NCBI GenBank assembly: GCA_963786955.1
Contig: CAWBAT010000009.1
Span: 320,001 to 384,000, forward strand
Length of the DNA stretch: 64,000 bases
Source of the DNA: an uncultured Acidimicrobiia bacterium
GTDB lineage: Bacteria > Acidobacteriota > Terriglobia > Versatilivoradales > Versatilivoraceae
Direction: 5' to 3'
Shown: positions 43,819 to 54,504 of the stretch, one piece after another
How positions within the stretch are numbered: the first letter of the stretch is position 1
Layout of the letters: every line of letters begins with the position of its first letter
The notes under the pieces: generated by a model
The model's database searches: none
Told to the model about the DNA's origin: nothing
What the model saw: the letters and a program-made list of their open reading frames with translations, nothing else
Made by a program: the position numbers and the translations under genes

Positions 43819-46800
43819 ATGAGTTTGGGCCCAAGGACAAACAATGAAAAGAAGATGGCTAATTCCATGACTGAAATTGAAGAGAAGTGGCGGGAATATC
43901 TCGATACGCTAGGTCAGAACGCTGCATTTGTCGAGGGGTTGATCGGACAGTACCTCGAAGATCCTGCCCAGGTGGACGAACGCTGGCGGAGAATATTTGA
44001 TGCCGTTGCCAAGGGGCAAGAACCTGTTGACGAGAAGGCCGCAGCCGTTTTCTCTTCAAAGACAGTTTCGTCCCCATCACAGGTCCTCGTCGAGACGGTT
44101 CACCGGGAAGCAGGAAAACGGCCAGAAGGAACTGATCTTGAACAGGTTGTGTTACTCCGGGGGGCAGCCGCAATCATCGCAGAAAATATGGAAGCCAGCC
44201 TCGCTCTTCCGGTGGCCACCTCTCAACGCCAGATTCCCATTAAAGTGCTTGAAGAGAATCGGAGGTTGATCAATCAATACCTTGGGTTGACCGGTGGGGG
44301 CCGAATCTCCTATACCCTCTTCATTGGCTGGGCCATCGTCAGGGCCCTGCGAACGTTTCCTAATCTGAACAGCGCTTACACAGAAACGGATGGCCGCCAT
44401 GGCCGATTAGTCCACTCTACAATCAATCTGGGTGTCGCGGTCGATGTGGAAAGGAAAGACGGAACTCGGCTTCTCATGGTTCCGAACATCAAGAACGCGG
44501 GTTCACTCGACTTTCAGAAATTTTATTCGCAGCTCAACCATCTCATTGACCAGGTTCGAACCGGCAAAGCTGAGCCAACCGATTTTCAGGGGACCACAAT
44601 CACCTTGACGAATCCTGGTACTGTCGGGACCGTGTCGTCGATTCCCCGCCTGGTTCCTGGACAGGGCGCCATCATTGCCTCGGGAACGATTGACTATCCG
44701 GCGGAATACCATGGGATGGCTCCCGGAACCCTCACCCTGCTGGGGATTAGTAAGATCATGACCATTTCCTGCACGTACGATCATCGGGTCATTCAGGGGG
44801 CCGAGTCCGGCATGTTTCTAGGCAAAGTGCAAGATTTCCTGCTAGGTGAAGAAGATTTCTACGATCAGATTTTTTCGGATCTAAAGGTTCCGTATCGCCC
44901 CCTGCGTTGGGCTCCGGACCGGAATCCTGCCCTGCTTGGTCTTTCCACGCAAAGAGAAGAGACCGAAAAACAGGCCCGCGTTCTTCAATTGATCAATGCC
45001 TATCGAGTTCGGGGACACCTGATTGCAGACCTGAATCCACTGGGAAGCGAATCTGCCTACCATTATGAATTGGACCCGATTAATTACGGGCTGACCCTTT
45101 GGGACCTGGATCGTTCATTTATTACGGGAGGGTTAAGTGCCAAGCTCGGAGACGCGCCTCAGCCCACAGCCACCCTCAGGGAGATCCTCGAATCCTTGCG
45201 CCAAACCTACTGCGGCAAGCTTGGGGTGGAATACATGAATATCCAACATCCGGAGCAGAAAAGCTGGCTGCAAATGCGCATGGAACCGAGCCGGAATAAC
45301 TGGCCGATCGAGCCTGCGACAAAGAAAAGAATCCTGAGGTTGCTGACGGCATCAGAATGCTTTGAACATTTCTTGCATACCAAGTTCGTTGGGCACAAAC
45401 GTTTTTCCGGAGAAGGCGCAGAGACCCTCATCCCGATTCTTTACGAACTCCTCGAAATGGCGGGCGGGCATGATGTCCGCGAGGTCGTCATTGGCATGGC
45501 TCATCGAGGCCGTCTTAATGTGCTAGCCAATATCATCGGAAAACCTTATACGCAAATTTTCTCCGAATTTGCGGGGAATGTGGACCCCTATTCAGCGTTA
45601 GGGACCGGTGATGTGAAGTACCATCTGGGGGCCAGCGGCCGCCAGGTCACGCAGTCGGGAAAGGAAATTACGGTGTCCGTCTGCCCCAATCCCAGCCACC
45701 TGGAAGCGGTGAATCCGGTTGTCGAAGGAATTGTGCGCGCCAAGCAGAACCGTCATAAACCGGAAGGAAGGGGTCAGTTCATTCCTCTTCTCATCCACGG
45801 CGATGCCGCCTTTGCGGGACAGGGGATCGTGGCCGAGACCCTCAACCTGTCTCAGCTGGATGGCTACCGTACGGATGGAACGATTCACTTGATCGTGAAC
45901 AATCAGATCGGATTCACGACGGCTCCAGACGACGCTCGCTCCACGCCTTACAGCACTGATGTCGCGAGAATGGTGCAGGCTCCGATTTTTCACGTGAACG
46001 GAGATGACCCGGAAGCCGCCATTCGCGCCTTGCAAATTGCCTACGAATACCGGCGCCGGTTCAAAAAGGATGTTGTGATCGATATGTTTTGTTACCGCCG
46101 CTATGGACATAACGAAGCGGATGACCCGAGCTTTACGCAGCCTATCTTATACCGCAAAATTCGCAATCATCCGTCGGTGCGTGAGCTTTATACCCAACGC
46201 TTGCTGCGTGAAGGGACCACTACCTCGGATGAAGTGGAACAGATCCGGCAGGATTATTTTCAGAAGCTCGAACAGTCCTTCGCCGATTTGGAAAAAAGAG
46301 TCGATTCCTTCGTTCCTGAGGAGATGAGTGCCGTCTCGCCCGAAGAGATCGAAACACCCCACTCATCCATCCCGACCGGAGTCAGTAAGGAGTTGCTTGC
46401 CCAAATCACTATGGCCATGACCACCTTCCCCAGAGACTTTCACGTTCATCGGAAAGTGATGGGCTTCTTTGAAAGGCGCCGCCAAACGGTAAATTCCGGC
46501 GGCGACGTCGATTGGGCTTTTGCCGAGGCGCTGGCTTTTGGCACTTTTGTGGTCGATGGGACTCCCGTCAGGTTAAGCGGGCAGGACTCGGGGCGCGGCA
46601 CCTTCAGCCAGCGTCACCTCATTCTGTTTGATGAGACGAATGGCCGCGAGTATCTTCCCTTGCAGCACATCACTCCGGGTCAGGCCAAGTTTCATGTTTA
46701 CGACAGCCTCCTGTCCGAGGCCGCTGTGTTGGGTTTTGAATTTGGATACAGTGTTGCCGACCCTTTGACACTTGTCATCTGGGAAGCCCAGTTCGGTGAT

Positions 46801-47580
46801 TTCGCCAACGGTGCCCAGACGATCATTGACCAATTTATTTCAGGCGCAGAGGCCAAATGGCAGCAACCGGTCAGCTTAGTCATGCTGCTCCCCCACGGCT
46901 ATGAAGGACAGGGGCCGGAACATTCCAGTGCCCGTATCGAAAGGTTCCTGCAACTGTGCGCTGAAAACAATCTACAGATCTGCAACTGTACGTCGGCAGC
47001 ACAGTACTTTCACTTACTGCGCCGACAGATGCGCGGCGGCAGGGAGGGCCGCGGCATTCGCAAACCCTTGGTCATCTTCACCCCCAAGAGTTTGTTGCGT
47101 CACCCCAAAGCCTCTTCGTCTCTTGACGAACTTGCTGATGGACATTTTCAGGAATTGGTCAATGCCACGGATCGACTCAACAAAGAAAAAGTCGCTAGGA
47201 TTATCATAGCCAGCGGCAAAGTCTGCTATGACTTGATCGAATATGCCGTGGAAAATCAAATCGATGACTGCGCGATTCTCAAACTCGAACAGCTTTACCC
47301 TTTCCCGAGAAATTTATTCAAGAAAGAGTTTAAGAAATACCCGAATGCCACTGAATTTGTTTGGGTTCAGGAAGAGCCAAGGAACATGGGTGCCTGGACG
47401 TTCGTTAAGGATCGACTTTATGCCGAATTACGAGCGCCGCAGACCCTGCGTTATGTCGGTCGCCCTGAGAGTGCCAGCCCTGCAACCGGATCGCTGAAAA
47501 TTCATCTTAAGGAGCAAGCCGCACTCGTCAGAGCTGCTCTAGGGCAAGGTAAAAAGAAAGGGGAAAACAAGAAGCAGTAG
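43819..47580 (+). CDS. kgd: Multifunctional 2-oxoglutarate dehydrogenase E2-E1 fusion (Kgd/OdhA type)
   Basis: TYDHRVIQGAESG acyltransferase motif followed by E1 motifs GMAHRGRLNVL, HGDAAFAGQG, RRYGHNEADDP, WEAQFGDF. Confidence 0.93.
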   Translation: MSLGPRTNNEKKMANSMTEIEEKWREYLDTLGQNAAFVEGLIGQYLEDPAQVDERWRRIFDAVAKGQEPVDEKAAAVFSSKTVSSPSQVLVETVHREAGKRPEGTDLEQVVLLRGAAAIIAENMEASLALPVATSQRQIPIKVLEENRRLINQYLGLTGGGRISYTLFIGWAIVRALRTFPNLNSAYTETDGRHGRLVHSTINLGVAVDVERKDGTRLLMVPNIKNAGSLDFQKFYSQLNHLIDQVRTGKAEPTDFQGTTITLTNPGTVGTVSSIPRLVPGQGAIIASGTIDYPAEYHGMAPGTLTLLGISKIMTISCTYDHRVIQGAESGMFLGKVQDFLLGEEDFYDQIFSDLKVPYRPLRWAPDRNPALLGLSTQREETEKQARVLQLINAYRVRGHLIADLNPLGSESAYHYELDPINYGLTLWDLDRSFITGGLSAKLGDAPQPTATLREILESLRQTYCGKLGVEYMNIQHPEQKSWLQMRMEPSRNNWPIEPATKKRILRLLTASECFEHFLHTKFVGHKRFSGEGAETLIPILYELLEMAGGHDVREVVIGMAHRGRLNVLANIIGKPYTQIFSEFAGNVDPYSALGTGDVKYHLGASGRQVTQSGKEITVSVCPNPSHLEAVNPVVEGIVRAKQNRHKPEGRGQFIPLLIHGDAAFAGQGIVAETLNLSQLDGYRTDGTIHLIVNNQIGFTTAPDDARSTPYSTDVARMVQAPIFHVNGDDPEAAIRALQIAYEYRRRFKKDVVIDMFCYRRYGHNEADDPSFTQPILYRKIRNHPSVRELYTQRLLREGTTTSDEVEQIRQDYFQKLEQSFADLEKRVDSFVPEEMSAVSPEEIETPHSSIPTGVSKELLAQITMAMTTFPRDFHVHRKVMGFFERRRQTVNSGGDVDWAFAEALAFGTFVVDGTPVRLSGQDSGRGTFSQRHLILFDETNGREYLPLQHITPGQAKFHVYDSLLSEAAVLGFEFGYSVADPLTLVIWEAQFGDFANGAQTIIDQFISGAEAKWQQPVSLVMLLPHGYEGQGPEHSSARIERFLQLCAENNLQICNCTSAAQYFHLLRRQMRGGREGRGIRKPLVIFTPKSLLRHPKASSSLDELADGHFQELVNATDRLNKEKVARIIIASGKVCYDLIEYAVENQIDDCAILKLEQLYPFPRNLFKKEFKKYPNATEFVWVQEEPRNMGAWTFVKDRLYAELRAPQTLRYVGRPESASPATGSLKIHLKEQAALVRAALGQGKKKGENKKQ

Positions 47581-47614
47581 GCTGAAGGCGGGCGGCAGAA
47601 AGCAGACGGCTTTT

Positions 47615-48949
47615 TCAACTTTTATCGTTCTTCAGCACTTGGACGGATACCTGACTGACTCTCAGTTTTTCAACTCTGACAATAACAAATTTTAAGTTCC
47701 CGTAAGTCCATTCTGTTCCCTCAGGAGGGATGTCCTGCCACTGATCGATTAGAAAGCCTCCCAACGTGGCGGCGTCGCTATGCTCCCCGAACTGAACTCC
47801 AAAAATCTCTTCCAGATCATGTAGCGGAATGCTGCCATCCACCAGATATTCATTCTCTTTGATGGGACGAATCAGGGGCTGTTCCTGATCAAATTCATCT
47901 TGAATCTCACCGACGAGCTCTTCAAGAACATCCTCAAGAGTCACCATTCCCAGAGTTCCGCCAAACTCGTCCACAATGATTGCCATATGAGACCGTTTTT
48001 CGAGAAAGGTCGAGAGAAGGATTTCCAGGTTCACGAATTCCGGGACAAACAAGATATCTCTTCGGATCTCTTCCAGTTTCGCATCGAGCCCTTTGGTTTG
48101 GATGAGCCAAAGCAGTTCCTTGATATGAACCATTCCAATAATCTGGTCGAGTGTTTCACGGCAAAGTGGGAATCGCGTATAATCGCTGGCCCGGGCAATC
48201 GCTAGATTCCCTTCCATCGGTTTTTCCGCGTAGAGGGACACGATCCGGTTCCGTGGCACCATGATATTCCTGACCTTCAGCTTTCGGAGGGAGAAAGTGT
48301 TTAAGAGAATACTGCGGCTCAATGAATTGAGTGCGCTTGAACTCTCCCCCTCTGCCAACAGGGTGCGGATTTCCTCTTCAGCGTGAATCCGTTCTTTCTC
48401 ACTGGTGGGTTCAATGCCAATTCCTTTCAGAATCACGTTGGCAGATGCATTGAGGGCTGTGATAGCGGGATAAAAGGCGTTGTAGAAAAATGTCAGGGGA
48501 ACAGCGACCCAGAGTGCCGTGGACTTCGCTCGACGGATGGCCAATGATTTAGGGGCCAATTCTCCTAAAACGATGTGCAAGAAGGTAATAAATCCAAAGG
48601 CGATCCCGAACGACAATGAAGTGACAACAGATATAGACTGAATCCCTAAGGCGCGCAGAACCGGTCTCAGCAAGGAGGCAACAAACGGTTCCCCTAACCA
48701 TCCCAACCCCAAACTCGCCAGAGTGATCCCCAACTGGGTTGCAGAGAGATAGGCGTCCAGATGATGAATCACATGATTTGCTGCCCGAGCCCTCTCGATA
48801 TCCCGCTTTACGAGCGGATCGATCTGGATGGAGCGGACCTTGACAATGGCAAACTCGGCTGCAACGAAGAAGCCATTCAGCAGCACAAGGAACAGGATGA
48901 CTAGAAAATTGAACAGGAACATGAAAGCCGTGGAGTCGTGTGATTCCAT
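47615..48949 (-). CDS. Hemolysin-like CNNM/CorC-family protein (DUF21-CBS-CorC)
   Basis: NGFFVAAEFA, QLGITLASLGLGW, GELAPK, VDEFGG..GMVTLEDVLEELVGEI. Confidence 0.92.
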   Translation of the reverse strand: MESHDSTAFMFLFNFLVILFLVLLNGFFVAAEFAIVKVRSIQIDPLVKRDIERARAANHVIHHLDAYLSATQLGITLASLGLGWLGEPFVASLLRPVLRALGIQSISVVTSLSFGIAFGFITFLHIVLGELAPKSLAIRRAKSTALWVAVPLTFFYNAFYPAITALNASANVILKGIGIEPTSEKERIHAEEEIRTLLAEGESSSALNSLSRSILLNTFSLRKLKVRNIMVPRNRIVSLYAEKPMEGNLAIARASDYTRFPLCRETLDQIIGMVHIKELLWLIQTKGLDAKLEEIRRDILFVPEFVNLEILLSTFLEKRSHMAIIVDEFGGTLGMVTLEDVLEELVGEIQDEFDQEQPLIRPIKENEYLVDGSIPLHDLEEIFGVQFGEHSDAATLGGFLIDQWQDIPPEGTEWTYGNLKFVIVRVEKLRVSQVSVQVLKNDKS

Positions 48950-49215
48950 AGTTGAGTTTGGTTAGCCAAGTTTCATATAAGCCGCCATCTTATCATTATC
49001 TTTGCCTTTTTAGCTTCGCCCGAAACGTGCAACTCGCAAGAAATTCCTTTTCCAATAGAGGAAACGGTTCGAGACCGCATTGTGCCCTCCTAGGGGTGAT
49101 CTTCTGCTTCGCGGCTCGGATAGCATCTCCCCACTCCCCCCGTTCCTGAGGAGACAGGATGGCCCCTCACTGCTAGGATGTCGCATGTGCTAAGATTCTG
49201 CATATTTGAATCGGG

Positions 49216-50593
49216 ATGAAGCAATTGATGCTGCCTATGAACACGCTTCCTATAGCTTTTCCAGGCCAGGAAAAAGCGCCGAGAAAATGGTATTCGCCTT
49301 CCTTGACCAGCCAGATCATGCTCGGGCTAATCCTCGGGGGACTATTGGGCTGGCTTAACCCGGCTCTTGGGATCAAATCCTATTTCCTTCGTGACATCTT
49401 TCTTAACCTCATCAAGTCAATTATTGCTCCCTTGATCTTTTCAACGCATTGTCGTCGGGATCGCTGGCGGTGGGGAACTCAGGAAAGTGGGGCGAATGGG
49501 GCTAAAGGCCCTGATTTATTTTGAAGTGGTCACCACCGCGGCTCTATTTATTGGATTGGCGGTCGTGAACTGGACAAAGCCAGGGATCGGTGTGTCACTC
49601 AAGACAGATACGAGCGACTTGGGCATAATCGCCCAGACTCATCCGAAGACATTCATCGAAACCATTGTCCATATCTTTCCTGCCAGTGTGATCGAGTCTA
49701 TGGCTCGCGGAGACGTTCTGCAGATCGTCGCTTTTTCTGTGCTCTTTGCGATAGCGGTTTCGGCAATAGGCCCAAAAGCGGCTCCCATCGTGGCTTTTTG
49801 CGAAAGCCTCTCCCAAGTGATGTTCAAGTTCACCAGCTATGTCATGCAATTTGCTCCATTCGGAGTCGGGGCAGCCATGGCTGCTGCCATCGGGCATAAA
49901 GGATTGGGAGTCCTAGTCAATCTGGGGTTGCTGATCCTTTCACTGTATTTGGCTTTGGCACTTTTCATTCTTGGAGTGCTGGGCCCCGTTGCTTGGATGG
50001 CCCGCGTGCCAATCCGAAAATTCTTAAGGGCCGTACAGGAGCCATGCGCCATCGCTTTTGCGACCACGAGCAGCGAGTCTGCACTCCCCAAAGCGATGGA
50101 ACTCATGGAGCGGCTCGGGGTCCCCAAACGCATCGTGGGATTTGTGATGCCAACGGGGTATAGCTTTAACCTCGACGGGACAACCCTCTATCTGGCCATG
50201 GCTTCGGTATTTGTTGCTCAGGCTGCCGAGTCTTCAACCGGCATCCACTTCGGATTTGGCAGGCAACTGTTGATGATGTTGACGCTGATGATTACCTCCA
50301 AAGGAGTAGCCGCCGTCCCACGCGCTTCGCTTGTCATTCTGCTCGCGACACTTCATTCTTTTGGCTTGCCTCCCGAGGGTGTGGCTGTTCTCTTCGGCGT
50401 CGATGAAATCATGGATATGGCCAGGACTTCGGTCAACGTGCTGGGAAATTGCCTGGCCACAGTCGTCGTGGCTCGCTGGGAAGGCGAATTTAATGATGAG
50501 CGGGCGCGCGTATTTGGAACTGCTCTTGAGCCAGGTTACGAAATGGCTGCAGGAGAAACAGTCTTTGCAGAATCAGCCTCGCGGGGGGATTGA
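49216..50593 (+). CDS. Dicarboxylate/amino acid:cation symporter (GltP/DctA family), frameshift near 49447
   Basis: AFATTSSESALP, PTGYSFNLDG, TSKGVAAVP, DMARTSVN. Confidence 0.9.
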
Positions 50594-50698
50594 GAATTCA
50601 TTGACAACGCGGAATGTCACGTTTAGCGGCTCTTTCAACCCGAAATTTGGCGCAAGCCAGACCAGCTAAAATTGCAGGTTGACCCAAAAGTCTGACGA

Positions 50699-51990
50699 CT
50701 AGCTTCCCTCGAGCGGGGTCACGGGGTCAATAAACATCCACGCAACAGCTCCAATCAAATAGATCCCTGATCCAAGGTAAAAAGGAATCGACCAATTCTG
50801 GGTTGCTTGCAAGATATAACCCGTGGTGACAGGCCCTAAGCCGCCTCCTAGATTTCCCATCATATTCATTGACCCGGAAAGCGTTCCGGCATACTTTCCA
50901 CCAACATCCATACACGCCCCCCAGGCTCCCGGCATCATGAGATCATTGGAAAAACTGGCCAAGCCCATGAGGATAGCAGCCCAGATGGGGTCCTTCAACT
51001 GACTGGACGTTAAGAGCATCGTGGAGGCGCCAATACAAGCAGTGACGCCCATGATGCGCCGCGTCCTGGCTACGTTTCCAAACAAAGGAGTCAAGCGAGG
51101 CGAGATCCAACCCGAAAAAAAGCAACCAATCCCCCCAAAGAAGAGGGGAAGTCCGGCCAAAATAGCGGCCTTTTGCGGCTCCAAGTGATAGGACTCTTTG
51201 AGGTAAGTGGGCAACCAGGTTATGTAGAAATACCACGGATAGCTAGCCGCTGCATATTGCAGCCACAGGAGCCAAATACTCCGTGATGTCAGCATCTTTT
51301 TCCAAGGGACATCGCCATGACCGGAGGCGTTCATTTCCGCCCCTCTCAACAAGGCCAGTTCACCTGCATTGACGCCCTTGTGATCTCTTGGATTGTCCCG
51401 AAACCACAAATAGAAAATCACGGCCCAGACGACTCCGATAAGCCCAAAAAATTCAAATGTTTGACGCCAGGTGAGGTAGCGAAAAATCCAATAGACGAGA
51501 ATTGGGGTAAATGCGCCCCCCCAGCGTGAGCTCATCCACAAGATGCCTTGGGCACGCACCCGTTCATCCTAGGCAGCCAGATGGTAAACGCCTTGGTAAG
51601 GTTTGGATAACAACCAGCCTCCCCCGCCCCAAACAATGCGCGGGTAATGACCAGGGAAGTTTGATTCCATGCCCAGCCGGTCGCTGCGGTAAAGAAAGAC
51701 CACCAGATCACGACTCGCATCAACACCTTTCGGGGACCCATCCAATCCCCGAGCCATCCCCCGGGAATCTCAAAAAGCGCATAGGCCCAGGTAAATGCCA
51801 AAAACGCATACCCCATCTCGACCTTGCTTAGATGTAAGTCGCGCATCATTGCTGGGGCGGCTTGGGAAATACAAACCCGATCAATATAAGTTACAATCGC
51901 AAGAGTCACTGCAAAAACGATCACCCAATAGCGAGTTCGAGTAGGCACCTCCACTTCGGCGCCTTTGGATACAGACAGGTTCTTAGACAT
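50699..51990 (-). CDS. MFS transporter, anion:cation symporter type (sugar acid), frameshift near 51570
   Basis: TYIDRVCIS, EIPGGWLGD..GPR, RALFGAGEAG, MNMMGNLGG. Confidence 0.88.
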
Positions 51991-52244
51991 AAGAGCTGTT
52001 ACCCTTTTGAAATTCTAATTTGTCAGGAATAGTTGTCCACGGGTTCGAACCATGGGATTCTAGGTTGCTCCTTGAAAGCCAGTCAATAAGAATATCGAAA
52101 ATAGAGATGAACGGCTTCGTCAGGAAGGACTCTCTTTCGGTCTCAAAGCACGCCCTGAGAGGTTCTGCCTCCATCCCAAGTCGAACATTAATGCTCTCTG
52201 GCGTTCCGCCGATAGGAGTAAGAGCGATTTTTGAGGGGAGAAAC

Positions 52245-52818
52245 ATGTCAGAAAGGTATCCGACAAAACATAGGGTACTACTCTAAGTTTGGAAGAAAGG
52301 CAGCCCTCTTTTCATTGCTCTTTCCGGGACTGGGACAGTTACAGAGCAAGGCCTATTTAAAAGGAACCATGCTGATTTGCCTCTTTAGCTTTGTGGTGGC
52401 TCTGCCGCTCATTGTCTCGGCCAGCCCAAGTCTCGGCGATAGTGGATTCTCCAGCGCCATCTTGACTCTCTTCCCCTTGGCTGTCTGGGGAATTTCGATC
52501 TATGATGCCTACCGTACCGCCATCGATTTAAGGCAGACGGAGGCGACTCGGCACAATCTCCAAATCATCACTTCTATTCGTGGTTTTGACGCTGATAATC
52601 TTCAATTTGAAGAGATTACGATGACTAAGAACATCAGTCAGCGCGGTGCCTGTCTCATTATGTCTCGGCTGCTGAAACCCGGCAGTGTCCTATCCCTCGA
52701 CTTTGAGGGAAAATCGAGGAATGCCGGCCGGGTGGTTTGGGCGCGCGAGACCGGAAACCATGACGAACGCCTGGTCGGGATGGAGCTGTTGACACCTTTG
52801 AAGAAATTTAATTCCTAA
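52245..52818 (+). CDS. Membrane-anchored PilZ-domain protein (N-terminal frameshift)
   Basis: AALFSLLFPGLGQL..SIYDAY TM module followed by NISQRG and GRVVW..VGMEL PilZ barrel. Confidence 0.7.
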
Positions 52819-52877
52819 CTCGACACAACTCAATCACCCCCCTAGCCCTATGGACTCCTTTTAGAGGGATTGCCCTC

Positions 52878-52948
52878 TAAGTACTTGATTTCATCAACAC
52901 ACTTACAATTCCACCCACCTTTGAAGCCTTATTGGGCATTCGCTTGCG
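52878..52948 (+). promoter_or_regulatory. IHF consensus site and putative sigma-54 promoter
   Basis: TAAGTACTTGATT (reverse complement AATCAAGTACTTA) at 52878-52890; TGGGCATTCGCTTGC at 52933-52947. Confidence 0.45.
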
Positions 52949-53138
52949 CATACAGAGGGGGCTTGCCGCAATTTCCATCTAGGAGAGAGGTGTGGCAGAT
53001 ATTTTTAAGAAAGAAGGGAAAACAAGACTGAGAGGGTTGGGATAATTCAGGAAACAGAATAGCAAGCGCACCTTTTTTGTCTGTCTTTCCCCAATAAAAT
53101 CAGATAAAATATGAAAACTTTTTCTCGGAGCATTCCCA

Positions 53139-53519
53139 ATGAATGACAGTAAGAGCCAGCATCCCCGGTTAAAGGAAGAAGACGTCAATAAGCTTTTGCA
53201 GGCTAGTGACGACCTCATGCAAACGGGCCTCTTGTTCTCCCACAATATCGATACTGCCCTGCATGAATTCAAGGCTGCTCTTGAACTTTCGTTGAAGACT
53301 CATTTCCTGGCGACGGCAGTTGCCGAAATGATGGCACGATCCTTCGAGAGTCTTGAGAGTAAAGTCCTAGACGAATCTCGAAGGGATCAATAATATCTGC
53401 ACCGAGGGTGGACAGTGGTATTCTTTTTATCTCGGGACGGCCCTGGGCCGGGTTGGTTCTCCTCCGCAGAAAGGACTGAAGCGCTGGCTGAAAAGACAAA
53501 GTCTAAGGCGGCGTCTTAA
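53139..53519 (+). CDS. Hypothetical helical protein A (paralogue of next gene; frameshift near 53370; 3' end uncertain)
   Basis: GGAG RBS; shifted frame continues TNLEGINNICTEGGQWYSFYLG, aligning with the downstream gene. Confidence 0.7.
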
Positions 53520-53541
53520 TAAGTGGGGAATGGTCACCAAT

Positions 53542-54013
53542 ATGAGTCAACCGAATCTCCGACGAAGAGATTCAGAAGTTTCTTCAAGGATGTGAGGATT
53601 TTATTCGCTTGGGAAATTCATTTTCCCAGCACATTCGAGAAGCCTTCGAGGAATTGAAAAACACCTACGAGCCTGTGGCAAAGTCCAACTATCTCGATAA
53701 AGCCCTCGGGGATTTGCTGGAGAAGTCGCTGAAGGAATTTGAGACCAAGATGAATGCCAACCTACAGGGGATTGAAAAAGTCTGCACAAAAGGCAGCCAG
53801 TGGTTTGCATATTACCTTGGTCGCCGAAAGGAAAGTGACCTGGCCGGAGAAAACCACGAAACAAGTGCTACTCAAGACCCCCTGGATATTGATCGACCCC
53901 TACCTCCTCAGCCACAAAGAACAAGATCCCGGAACCTAAGGCCCAAGGCAATCGACAAACCTGCCATTTTCGGAAATGATCTTCGAGTGGTTTTTTCAGA
54001 ACAGCTTTCATAG
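53542..54013 (+). CDS. Hypothetical helical protein B (frameshift near 53551)
   Basis: ATG at 53542, then the frame of ORF 53609 reads RISDEEIQKFLQGCEDFIRLGNSFS..NLQGIEKVCTKGSQWFAYYLG. Confidence 0.7.
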
Positions 54014-54504
54014 TTGCAACACAGCCGACCCAGGGCTAGCCGGATAGTGCGTGCGACCCCGCTCGCAAGCTTGCATGCCTGGGATCGACATTCAGAGATT
54101 CGCCTTTTCAGCCTTTTCGTCTCATGAGGTTCGGGAATCGCGGTTTCCGGTCGGCGTCTATATCCGATTCAGCTGAATCGAACGTGCAGAACTGCCTGCA
54201 TTCGAGGATTCTACCGCTGCCGCAGATATCTGCCCACGGGGCAGAGTCCAATAAAATTCAGTCTCCTGATGAAGGCGTATCAAGTCCTCGTATACTCTCG
54301 GTAATCGTTCCGCTAACGACAAAATTTTCCATTCCATGGCTCACTAGGTAAACATTGTAATTACGCTCCTGAAATCAATAAAATCGCGGTGGATGGAGGA
54401 TGCTGGGCACGGACCAATTGGCCGGCTGCGTTCTACCAGGGATATCTCTGGCACTCAACTTCATCTACTCATCTTTTAAAACCTGCATTAGGAGGAATCT
54501 CATC

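Noticed and set aside
45986-46001. parS-like TTTTTCACGTGAACGG inside kgd
   Set aside because: Four mismatches to the consensus, and explained by codons of the conserved IFHVNG motif
43819-47580. E2-E1 fusion as a novelty
   Set aside because: Known Kgd/OdhA architecture
52037-52056. GGTTCGAACC tRNA T-loop-like sequence
   Set aside because: No cloverleaf, acceptor stem or CCA context
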